Of a stretch of DNA of 64,000 bases, positions 40,765-49,861 are shown piece by piece. Position numbers and translations under genes: made by a program. Numbering within the stretch: position 1 is the stretch's first letter; the number at the start of each line of letters is the position of its first letter. The notes beneath the pieces were generated by a model. The model was not told the origin of the DNA. It saw nothing but the letters and a program-made list of their open reading frames with translations, and searched no databases. Source of the stretch: an uncultured Planctomycetaceae bacterium (GTDB taxonomy: Bacteria; Planctomycetota; Planctomycetia; Isosphaerales; Isosphaeraceae); NCBI GenBank assembly GCA_963833985.1, contig CAWIAD010000001.1:2092271-2156270 (forward strand). Reading direction: 5' to 3'.

Positions 40765-42768
40765 ATGGATGCCAGCAAGATCGCACCTCAGCCCGCCCCC
40801 GGTCAAACGCTGGAGGATTCGCCCTGGTTCACCAGGCTGGCCCCGAGGTTGGGCCTTCCGCTCTTCGTCGTCATCGCGGCGTTGCCGTCTCTGCGCCGCT
40901 TGCTCCATCCAACCATCTTTGGCGATGATGTGATCCGGATTTGCAAGCTGACCGCGCGGCCGCTTTCGGAACTTCTGTTCTCGCCTTTCTACGAGCATGT
41001 CTGTCCACTCTTCGAGTTCGTGTCGTGGACGACCTGGCAAATGATAGGCCGCGACGTCGGCCTGGCCCCGCTCGGCTTCAGCATCGCTTCCGTCATTGCG
41101 TGGTTCCTGGTCCTGATCTTGCTGGCCATCTGGCTTGAGCGCGAGACCGGCTCGCGAACCGCCTCGCTGCTCGCCGTGGCGGTTGTGGCGCAATCGCCCC
41201 TGGTGGTTCAAACCGCGTGGTGGTACTCCGCCAGTACCTTCTCCTGGGCCATCGCCGGCATCCTGCTTGCACTCATTGGCGCCGGGCGCGCGGTGGACCG
41301 GCCGCGGCGATCGTTGCTGCTGGTCTGGCTGGGCTCGGCGCCGGGGCCGGCCGGCACATCGCTCGGTCACCTGGCCATGCCGCTGGCAATCCTCCGCGCG
41401 GTCGCGGACCCGGCGCTTTCCCGGAGGTCCAGGCTCGGCGTCATCTGCGCCGCTCTGGCGGGGACAGGCTGCTACGTTGCGGCATGCACTCTGGGCGGTG
41501 CGGATCTGCTCGGTCCATTCCGAAGCCATGGCGGGGGCATCCGTGACGCGCTCACGGGTGACTTGATGCCCAATGCCGGATCGCTCGACCTGGCGCTGGC
41601 GCTCAAGTACGCCGTCATCTTACCCGCACAGGTCCTTCTGCCTTCGTTCGTGGGCGTACCAGCTTCGTGGAGCCTCCATGCGTTGCCGGGCTGGTTCAAC
41701 TGGGCGCTGGGGTCGCTGTTCCTGGGCGGCGTGGCCTGTGGCTGTCTCTGGCCAGGGCAGAGGCGGAACCGCCCGCTCCTGCTGGTCGCCGCTGGAATGG
41801 TCTACATGGGCTACGTGCTGGCGATCGCACCCCGGATCGGCTACATCAAGGAGGGGTTCACCACCAGCGCCAACCTGGTCTACTTCCACGGATCGCGTTA
41901 CCAGGTGCTGCCGTTGCTCGGCCTGGCCGCTCTCTTTGCGGTATGGCTTGCCTGTTTCGAGCGCTTGCGCCGCTGGGATGCGCGTCCCGGCAGGTCCGCG
42001 ATGATGGCGAGCCTGCTTGGCCTTGTGTTGCTGGGAGTGCAATTTCCCGAGGTCTCGCGCCACTGGGTCCCATTCTTCCTGGATCATCCCGACCAGAAGC
42101 GAACGCTCTCGGCGCTGCACCGGGTAGAGGTCGTGGTGCGCGACGAGGGGCTGACGCGGACCCAGTTGCTCCGGATCAATGCTCCGGTCTTGCGGGCCTG
42201 GTGCGGGGGACTGGTGGCCAACCAGCCACTCGGGTTTCCGCTCATGATGATGATCGCCGCCCCGCAGCAGACCACCGAGGTCAAGAGCGACGACGAGGCA
42301 CGTGCGCTGTTGCGCCAGCGGCTGACACGCGTCGAGAAGGCCGCGATCGGGATGGGATCGTGTGCGCCGTTCGGACCAGCGGAGCCCATTCCGGCGGCCC
42401 GCACAATTGCGGTGGCCAGGTTGGCCGAGACGATCGACATGGAGGAATGCGGTCCCGGCAAGTACCGGGCGCCCGCTGGCCAGGGAGTGCTCTGCTATGA
42501 GTTCTCGCCGGCCGCCAGGGCACGGTACCTGGTGTTTCCCGGTCTCCGCGCCAATCAGGATTTCGCGATCCAGTGGAGTGAGGCGCCCGGCCGGTGGCAT
42601 CCGGCTCAAACCCTTTACTGGCTCATACCACCCACTCCGACCGAGATGGCAGTGATCGACCTCGGGTCGATCATGCATATGGCGGATGCGCCCATCACCC
42701 AGGTCTCGCTCCGACTGGCCAAACCCGGTGAACTCTCGCTCCAGGCCCCCCCGCGGTTGCTGCGGTGA
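40765..42768 (+). CDS. Multi-TM hypothetical protein (possible GT-C fold)
   Basis: About 10 hydrophobic segments, N-terminal DD and PFYEH loop, soluble C-terminus. Confidence 0.6.
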   Translation: MDASKIAPQPAPGQTLEDSPWFTRLAPRLGLPLFVVIAALPSLRRLLHPTIFGDDVIRICKLTARPLSELLFSPFYEHVCPLFEFVSWTTWQMIGRDVGLAPLGFSIASVIAWFLVLILLAIWLERETGSRTASLLAVAVVAQSPLVVQTAWWYSASTFSWAIAGILLALIGAGRAVDRPRRSLLLVWLGSAPGPAGTSLGHLAMPLAILRAVADPALSRRSRLGVICAALAGTGCYVAACTLGGADLLGPFRSHGGGIRDALTGDLMPNAGSLDLALALKYAVILPAQVLLPSFVGVPASWSLHALPGWFNWALGSLFLGGVACGCLWPGQRRNRPLLLVAAGMVYMGYVLAIAPRIGYIKEGFTTSANLVYFHGSRYQVLPLLGLAALFAVWLACFERLRRWDARPGRSAMMASLLGLVLLGVQFPEVSRHWVPFFLDHPDQKRTLSALHRVEVVVRDEGLTRTQLLRINAPVLRAWCGGLVANQPLGFPLMMMIAAPQQTTEVKSDDEARALLRQRLTRVEKAAIGMGSCAPFGPAEPIPAARTIAVARLAETIDMEECGPGKYRAPAGQGVLCYEFSPAARARYLVFPGLRANQDFAIQWSEAPGRWHPAQTLYWLIPPTPTEMAVIDLGSIMHMADAPITQVSLRLAKPGELSLQAPPRLLR

Positions 42769-42847
42769 GGGCATCGCTCTTACAGTGGAATGAGGGTTCG
42801 CTCAAACCGATGTCAGATTTGAATCCATGTGGGAAAGGGGCGAAGCG

Positions 42848-43396
42848 ATGCGCCCACCGGCTATCTCGCTCGATCTGATCGCTGACTTGCCAAAGGTCTA
42901 CCGGGTGATGATTCCACCCGCCTATGAGGACCGGAACGGCCACATGAACATGCGCTGGTACCTGGCACTCTATGATGAGGCCGGTGATGCGCTGTACCCG
43001 CTGCTCGGGCTCAATGTGGAAGAGCTGGCAGCCTCGGGCATGGGGGGGTTCGATCTCGAGCACCACATCTGGTATCTGGCAGAGGTACGCATCGGGGACA
43101 CCGTGGCCATCAGGGTGCGCCTCGTCGCAAGAAGCGAGAAGCTGCTGCATTACCTGATGTTCATGGCAAACGAGACGCGGGGCGTGCTCTCGTCGATCTT
43201 CGAATGCGTGCACGCGCATGCCGACCTGAGGATACGCCGCACCGCCCCTTTTCCCACACCGGTTGCGGCCAGGATCGACGCTTTCCTCGCCGCGCACCGT
43301 GCACTCGCCTGGCCCGCGCCGGTCTCTGGATCCATGGCCATCCAGACCAGCCACCGGTCGCCGACCTCTCGACAGTCCGCGGTCGGCGAGTCCTGA
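42848..43396 (+). CDS. Thioesterase (4HBT-like hotdog fold)
   Basis: DRNGHMNMRWY; H.DL..RR..PFP. Confidence 0.85.
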   Translation: MRPPAISLDLIADLPKVYRVMIPPAYEDRNGHMNMRWYLALYDEAGDALYPLLGLNVEELAASGMGGFDLEHHIWYLAEVRIGDTVAIRVRLVARSEKLLHYLMFMANETRGVLSSIFECVHAHADLRIRRTAPFPTPVAARIDAFLAAHRALAWPAPVSGSMAIQTSHRSPTSRQSAVGES

Positions 43397-43500
43397 CCCT
43401 GGTGAGTCATCACGCGCAAGCCAATCTGGGGTAGACCCAACAGTCGTGTCACCAGGGGCCATTTGGGGCCAAGGGAAGCGAGGCACGACCCCGCCCCGCT

Positions 43501-44048
43501 CTACGAGTGCAGCGCCCGATAGAGCGTGGCACAGTGAACGTTGAGGACCTTCGAGGCTTCCGGGATCGAAGTCCCCTCGGTCACCAAACGGCGTGCGAGT
43601 GCAACCTGGTCGGAGATCAGCTTCGGTGGGCGGCCGAAGCGCACGCCACGCGCCTGGGCGGCCTTGCGCCCGGCATGGGTATGCTCCCTGATTAGTTCGC
43701 GCTCGAACTCTGCGATGCCCGCGAAGACCGTCAGCACCATCCGGCCCGCTGGCGACGTGGTATCCGCCCACGGTTCGTGCAGTGATCTCAGGCCAGCTTG
43801 CGCCTCGTTCAACTGCTCGGCGATCTCCAGCAAGTCCCGCGTCGACCGCGCCAGCCGGTCGAGTCGTGACACGACCACCACATCACCGGCCCGAAGCTGG
43901 TCGAGCATCCGAACTAGTTGCGGGCGATCCCGCTTCGCGCCCGTTACCTTTCTTCGTAGATCCGCTTACAGCCGACGCCCTCGAGCACCGCGCGTTGCAA
44001 GGCGAGATCCTGATCATCGGTCGAGACGCGGGCATAGCCGATCAGCAT
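43501..44048 (-). CDS. tnpR: Serine resolvase; apparent frameshift near 43950
   Basis: MLIGYARVST..QD...Q, VVVSRLDRLARS, IAEFER, FGRPP, C-terminal HTH. Confidence 0.92.
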
Positions 44049-44061
44049 GTCGGGACCGCCT

Positions 44062-44174
44062 CGTTGCAAATGTCGTCGCAAAACATTCTCCTTTTGCGAC
44101 AGACTTTTGCAACGCAGAAATGAGGCGTTTCACCCGTCTGCCGGGGCCGTCGCAAAAGTTAGGAGTTTCGCGAC
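44062..44174. promoter_or_regulatory. Putative res site between divergent tnpR and tnpA
   Basis: Nested dyads CGTTGCAAA/TTTGCAACG and GTCGCAAAA/TTTTGCGAC, plus a third GTCGCAAAA...TTTCGCGAC. Confidence 0.7.
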
Positions 44175-45516
44175 TTGGACGGCGATGAGCGGGACATCCC
44201 CGAGGGCTGGACCCTGACACCGGCGGACCTGACGCTCGTCATGGCCAAGGGCCAACCTGACCGCTCTGAAGGCCGAGGTCACCGCGACCTGGCCCATGAC
44301 CAGCCTGCTCGACATGGTTAAGGAAGCCGACCTGCGTCTGCACTTCACCGAGGCCCTGAAGAGCCCGACCGCCTACGAGGCCCTGGATCGGTCCGTCCTG
44401 CGACCACGGCTCTTGCTCTGCCTACACGGGATCGGGACCAACGCCGGCTTGCAGCGCATGGCCGGGCAGGAGTCCGGGGTGACCTACAAGGACCTCGCCT
44501 ACGTGCGGCGGCGCTATCTCAGCGTCGACGCGCTGCGGCGGGCGATCGCCGTCGTGACCAACGGCACGTTGCACGCCCGCAACCCGGCTGTCTGGGGCGA
44601 GGGGACGGCGGCCTGCGCGTCCGACTCCAAGCACTTCGGCGCCTGGGACCAGAACCTCACGACGCAGTGGCACGTCCGCTACGGCGGCCGCGGCATCATG
44701 ATCTACTGGCACGTCGAGCGGAAATCGCTGTGCATCCACTCCCAGCTCAGGTCGCCCTCCTCGTCCGAGGTCGCGTCCATGATTGAGGGCGTCGTGCACC
44801 ACTGCACCGAGATGGAGGTCGACCGCCAGTACGTCGATTCCCACGGCCAGAGCACGGTGGCGTTCGCGTTCTGCCGGCTGCTCGGCTTCCAGCTCCTGCC
44901 ACGGCTCAAGGCGATCCACAAGCAGAAGCTGTCCCGGCCGGACGTCGGCCAAGTCGACGCCTACCCGAACCTCCGGGCGGTGCTGACGAAGCCGATCAAC
45001 TGGGAGCTGATCCGCCAGCAGTACGACCAGATGGTCAACTACGCGACCGCGGTCCGCCTAGGCACGGCCGAGACCGAGGCGATCCTGCGGCGGTTCACGC
45101 GCAACAACGTGCAGCATCCGACGTACAGAGCGTTCGCGGAACTTGGCAAGGGCGTCAAGACGATCTTCCTGTGCCGCTACCTTCATGGCGAGGGGCTTCG
45201 CCGCGAGATCTACGAAGGGCTGAACGTCATCGAGCAATGGAACGGCGCCAACGACTTCGTGTTCTTCGCCCGCCGCGGCGAACTGGCCAGCAACCGCCGT
45301 GAGGACCACGAGGTCAGTATGCTGGCGTTGCACCTGCTCCAGAACTGCATGATCTACGTCAACACGCTCATGCTACAGCAGGTGCTGGCGCAACCGCACT
45401 GGAAGCAGAAGCTCGAACTCCGCGACCTGAGCGCGCTTACGCCACTGATCTGGGAGCACGTGAACCCGTACGGCCGCTTCGAGCTTGATATGAACTCACG
45501 GATATTACTTAAGTGA
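44175..45516 (+). pseudogene. tnpA: Internally deleted Tn3-family transposase
   Basis: About 25 N-terminal codons ([14 protein letters not shown]) joined out of frame to the C-terminal ~420 aa holding the DDE residues (CASDS, VDSHG, IEQWN); full-length Tn3 TnpA is about 1000 aa. Confidence 0.88.
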
Positions 45517-45857
45517 CACGATACGCGTTCACGGGCCGATGGTGACAATCATTCAGGGACAAACAAGGTGCGGCAGCGTGAAAGCCGATCCAGTCGACGT
45601 GGGATCAGAGGCAAGCTCGCAGGGCGCGTCGGTCTTGTCGGACCGGAGCGGATGATTCTCAGACCGAGACAAAGTCGATCCCCGCAGCACGGGCCGGACC
45701 GGTCGATTCGGCGGCCAGGCCCTGGCAGGATAGGTCCCATGGCACGCCGGGTGGCCGGACGGTCCAACCATCTCCCTCGACCGGGGAGGGAGTCGCTGGG
45801 AAACGGCCCTTTCGCCCATGATCCCTGACTTCCGGGATCTCCCCCACCTGGCAATCC

Positions 45858-47723
45858 TCAATTTTTCACCTTGTCCCCATCATGGACCTTTCCGACTCCA
45901 TCGCTGACGATCCTGTCGCCCACTTTGATCCCCGCCTCGACGACGAATTCGTCATCCACCACCGCCCGAACGGTAATCTCTCGCTTGCGTGCAACGTTGT
46001 TATCCTCGACGAAGTAAACATACCTCTTGTCGTGATCTTCGAACGTCACCCTCTTGGGGATGACGATGGCGTCCTTCAACACGCGGTTGATCGACACGGT
46101 GCCCGTCTGGTCGCGTTGCAGGATACCGTCCGGGTTCGGAAAATCCGCGCGGTGGGCGATCATCCCATTCACGTCCTTGGATCCGGCATCAATCGCACCG
46201 AGCTTGCCGGGGTGCGAGAACTTGCGTCGATCCGCCAGCATGAGCTCGATGGCGGGACTTCCTTCGCCTTCCCGCCGTCCGGCCATAGATTCGAGGTAGC
46301 TCTTCTCCGGCACGTTGAAATAGACCCACATCACGCTGTTGTCGGCCAAGCTCGTGAGCTTGTCGCCCTCCTTGACTTTGCTGCCCACCTGCGCGTTCAG
46401 GCGACCGACGATGCCGTCGAAAGGTGCCTTGATGGTGGCGAAGTCCAGTTCGGCCTTCACCAGGTCCACCTTAGCCTGGGCCTTCGCCAGCCTGGCCTTG
46501 GAGAGCTTCACCTCATCGTCGGAGACGGCCTTCTGCTCGGCCAACTTCATGGCGTTATTCAACTTCACTTGCGCGAAGTCTCTCTCGGCCAGCTCGACGC
46601 CCAGCCTCGCCTTGAGGATGGGCGACGTGATCTCGAACATCCGATCGCCCGCCTTCACCGCCTGGCCTTCCTTGATCGGGATCGGCGCGAGAAACCCTTC
46701 CACGAGTGCCTGGATCTGTATGTGACGACGCGAATGGATCTGCGCTGCGTATTGTTGCTTGATGGTGACGGTGGTCGGCCGGACCGTCCGGACCGAGATC
46801 CTGGGGGCCTGGTCATCCTGCCCCGGAGGGCCTGCAATCTCCCCCGCCTCGCCCCGCGTCACGCCCGCGACGCGACCCGCGCCAACCATGCAGACGAGCG
46901 ACGCGGCCATCAGGCCGGCCGCGATCATCGACGTTTTCAAAATGGTCATCCCCCTCAGCGTCGTCCCCACCAGCGCGGCGACGGAAGCCGGGACCGTCCC
47001 GGCCGCGCCCGTCCTGACCGCCATCCGGATCGTCGCCGAGACCAGGGACGCCGGCACGACCGCCGCGGCCTCCGCCTGGCCCGAGGCCGCGAGGATCGCG
47101 ACCGAGGGGGCCACGCCCCTCCTCAGGAGTCGAGGCCGGAGCCGGACTCGGGCCTCGGCCAGGCGGCTCCGCACGGTACCGACCGCCCAGCCGAGCTGGC
47201 TCGCGGCCTCGTCGTGCGTCAGGCCCTGGAAATAGCAGAGCACCAGCGGCTCGCGGTACTTCGCCGGCAGCCGGTCGACCTCCTCATGGAGGATCGGCGC
47301 CTCATCGAGGCGATCGACGTGAGCCATGGATTCCTCCGGCCCCGGCCCGGCATCGACCCGTTCCCGATCCCTCCGCCGCATCGCGCATCTCCGGGCGGAT
47401 CGGGCGACCCGCAGCGCGACGCCGTGGAGCCAGGGCCCGAGCGACGATCGCTTGCGGATCGCGCCCGCTCGACGGACGAGGACCAGGAACGTCGCCTGGA
47501 AAGCGTCGTCGGCGTCGTTGGACTCGCGGAGCGTGTCGCGGCAGACGCGCCAGACCATCGGCCCGTGCCGCTCGACCAGCGCCGCGAAGGCTAGCTCGGC
47601 GGCCGGCCCGCCCGTCGTGAGGAAGAGATCGAGTAATTCTCCATCCGACTTCCCGACGACGGTCCCCACCCCGAACAGCGTCCGAAGCCCTGCCCCCACC
47701 GAAGTTTTGGTCCCGTATGCCAA
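45858..47723 (-). CDS. ECF sigma factor fused to an RND periplasmic adaptor (MFP) domain
   Basis: SDGELL, LVERHGPMV, DAFQATFLVL, LP.KYR...LCY..GLT.EAA..LG..GTVRSRL; then a TM; then IKAPFDGIVG, VYFNVPE, FPNPDGIL. Confidence 0.88.
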   Translation of the reverse strand: MAYGTKTSVGAGLRTLFGVGTVVGKSDGELLDLFLTTGGPAAELAFAALVERHGPMVWRVCRDTLRESNDADDAFQATFLVLVRRAGAIRKRSSLGPWLHGVALRVARSARRCAMRRRDRERVDAGPGPEESMAHVDRLDEAPILHEEVDRLPAKYREPLVLCYFQGLTHDEAASQLGWAVGTVRSRLAEARVRLRPRLLRRGVAPSVAILAASGQAEAAAVVPASLVSATIRMAVRTGAAGTVPASVAALVGTTLRGMTILKTSMIAAGLMAASLVCMVGAGRVAGVTRGEAGEIAGPPGQDDQAPRISVRTVRPTTVTIKQQYAAQIHSRRHIQIQALVEGFLAPIPIKEGQAVKAGDRMFEITSPILKARLGVELAERDFAQVKLNNAMKLAEQKAVSDDEVKLSKARLAKAQAKVDLVKAELDFATIKAPFDGIVGRLNAQVGSKVKEGDKLTSLADNSVMWVYFNVPEKSYLESMAGRREGEGSPAIELMLADRRKFSHPGKLGAIDAGSKDVNGMIAHRADFPNPDGILQRDQTGTVSINRVLKDAIVIPKRVTFEDHDKRYVYFVEDNNVARKREITVRAVVDDEFVVEAGIKVGDRIVSDGVGKVHDGDKVKN

Positions 47724-48204
47724 GGTTGTCTAACCCCCAGTCCGGCGCGATCTCACTCTGTAGTGGCGCGAGGGCAGCAAGCCAATCTGATTTTCTCGGG
47801 AAATCGGCGAAGAAGAGCCCGAGACCCTCATGGTCATCGCCGGCCACTCAGGCATCAACTCTCCGCCCGATCCTACTGACGAGCCGGATCAGGGAAGAAC
47901 GTCACGCAGGCATGGCCTAGCCGACTTGACCCGTGGGCTCACCCTGCACACGTCCTCAGAGGATTCCATTGCCTGCTTCGGTGTGGTCGATCAACGCGCC
48001 CGGAAGTAGCTTCGCGGGTCGACGCCTTCTGTAGGCTTGTCGCCCTCGACTCGTAAACGGCTACCTGACCCAGATGGCCCCTGGTGACACGACTGTTGGG
48101 TCTACCCCAATCTCACAGAACCGATTCCCTTCGACCCACAGGACACCGAGTGATGTCTTGGCGGCGGACTGGTCCCACCGGTAAGGAAGTGGTAAGCAAA
48201 TCAA

Positions 48205-48279
48205 TCGGGCCGAGGAGATTTGAACTCCTGACCTCTTGCACCCCAAGCAAGCGCGCTAGCCAAGCTGCGCTACGGCCCG
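48205..48279 (-). tRNA. tRNA-Pro(GGG)
   Basis: Cloverleaf with CGGGCCG/CGGCCCG acceptor stem, CTTGC-TTGGGGT-GCAAG anticodon arm and TTCAAAT T-loop; CCA not encoded. Confidence 0.96.
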
Positions 48280-48390
48280 ATTCCTGGCCAAGAAAAACGG
48301 CTCGTTGCCGAGCCGGCTTGTCCCTGGCGGAAATCTTATTGTAAGATACCCGGCTGATCTGTCAATCCGGCCCTGACGGGGAGCCGCTTC

Positions 48391-49326
48391 TTGGACTTCG
48401 CTGACCAGCTCATTGACGCCGTTCGGACCAAGGGCAACCCGGTTCTTGTCGGCATCGATCCTCGGCCCGAGGAACTGCCACCGGGATTCCTGGATCGGTT
48501 CCCGGGCGACCGACCCGGCATCGCGGCCGCGCTGCGGACCTTTGGATGCGATGTCGTCGACACGGTCGCCAGCCTCGTCGCGGCGGTCAAGTTCCAGTCG
48601 GCGTTCTATGAGGCGTATGGGCCCGACGGACTGGCCGCACTCCATGCCACGGTGGAATACGCCAAGCAAAAAGGCCTGATCGTCATCTTCGACGGCAAGC
48701 GGAATGATATCGGCTCGACCGCCGAGGCTTACGCTCGGGCCTATCTTGGCAAGGTCCCCGTGGGCGGTGCCTTCGACCCGTCCTGGCATGCCGACGCCAT
48801 GACCGTCAACCCCTACTTCGGGACTGACGGCGTGCTGCCCTTCGTGAAGATCGCCGCGCGGGAACAGAAAGGCGTCTTCATCCTGCTGAAGACCAGCAAC
48901 GCGTCGGCGAGCGAGTTTCAAGATCTCGTGGCCGACGGCCGTCCCGTCTATCGCCACGTGGCCGAAAAGCTCCTGCACTGGGCGAGCGGCCATCAGGGCA
49001 GGTCAGGATATCATCTGGTGGGCGCGGTGATTGGGGCCACGTATCCGCGTCAGATCGAGGAACTTCGTACGCTGCTTCCGGGAATCCTCTTTCTCATCCC
49101 CGGGTACGGGACGCAGGGCGGCCAGGCGCGAGACCTGGCCGCCGCTTTCGATGAGAATGGCCTGGGGGCACTCATCAACAATTCGCGCGGGATCACCTTC
49201 GCCTACGAGCGCCACGCGTTTCAAGCCCGGTTCGCCGATCGCTGGCAAGGGGCCGTTGAAGAGGCCGTTCGAGAAATGATCGACGACCTGGCGGTCAATA
49301 CCCCGGCCGGCCGGCTCCGCGGCTGA
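48391..49326 (+). CDS. pyrF: Orotidine-5'-phosphate decarboxylase
   Basis: VGIDP, AVKFQSAFYE, DGKRNDIGST, TVNPYFG, KTSN, LIPGYGTQGG, NSRGI. Confidence 0.97.
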   Translation: MDFADQLIDAVRTKGNPVLVGIDPRPEELPPGFLDRFPGDRPGIAAALRTFGCDVVDTVASLVAAVKFQSAFYEAYGPDGLAALHATVEYAKQKGLIVIFDGKRNDIGSTAEAYARAYLGKVPVGGAFDPSWHADAMTVNPYFGTDGVLPFVKIAAREQKGVFILLKTSNASASEFQDLVADGRPVYRHVAEKLLHWASGHQGRSGYHLVGAVIGATYPRQIEELRTLLPGILFLIPGYGTQGGQARDLAAAFDENGLGALINNSRGITFAYERHAFQARFADRWQGAVEEAVREMIDDLAVNTPAGRLRG

Positions 49327-49380
49327 AGAGTTGACGATGGAAAGTGCAGGCGCCATCCTGGCTGTTAAATAGGTCCCCGT

Positions 49381-49440
49381 AAGATGGAAAGTGTGGAACG
49401 ACCGCCCGGAGCCAGCCGAGGGCGGCTGGCCCACTTTCCA
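49381..49440. repeat. Dispersed REP-like palindromic repeat, copy 2
   Basis: GGAAAGTGTGG...GAGCCAGCCGAGGGCGGCTGGCCCACTTTCC; inverted homolog of 6704-6772. Confidence 0.8.
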
Positions 49441-49475
49441 AGAGGCGAGGATCTATTTAGTGACGTTCCATCGGC

Positions 49476-49721
49476 TCAGAATTCCGGAAGCGTTCCCTGC
49501 TTCACGGCCCGGCGAACCATGAAGGCTCCCGTGGTGAGGAGTGAGAACGGAGCCCCGAGCAGGAGCATGATGCTCCAGTTGTAGCCGCGCGCCATGTTCG
49601 CGACATCTTCAGCGGGCGCGGAGACAGCCTCCTTGCAGTTCGGGCAAGCGGAGGCCGAACCAGCCAGGCCGATCGCCAGCACACCAGCCAGTGCCACGTT
49701 CCGGAACCGAAGAAGAGTCAT
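49476..49721 (-). CDS. Small membrane/secreted protein with CxxC
   Basis: Signal peptide ending ASA-CPNCK, then a C-terminal TM. Confidence 0.65.
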   Translation of the reverse strand: MTLLRFRNVALAGVLAIGLAGSASACPNCKEAVSAPAEDVANMARGYNWSIMLLLGAPFSLLTTGAFMVRRAVKQGTLPEF

Positions 49722-49861
49722 ACAAGACCTCTCGCGAGAAAAGCAACCCATGCCAGGTGCACGAAGCATGACCGGTCTGACTTTAGAAAGTGTAGTCGGA
49801 TCGTCGTCACGCGTCAAACGGTGCACCCGGTGGAACTGGCAGAGCGGCAGAGCCGAACGGA

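Larger units (their letters stand above)
43428..48108. mobile_element. Tn3-family transposon, probably non-autonomous, 4681 bp
   Basis: 40-bp IRs GGGGTAGACCCAACAGTCGTGTCACCAGGGGCCAT(T/C)TGGG at 43428-43467 and 48069-48108 (1 mismatch); 5-bp duplication AATCT at 43423-43427 and 48109-48113. Confidence 0.95.

Noticed and set aside
45506-45530. CTTAAGTGACACGA at the end of tnpA as an internal relic IR
   Set aside because: Only 9 nt (GTGACACGA) match the IR and there is no GGGG terminus; insufficient evidence.
48205-48225. tRNA-Pro 3' end as attB of an integrated island
   Set aside because: I saw no duplicated tRNA 3' segment and no integrase in the window; the adjacent element is explained by Tn3 IRs and TSD.
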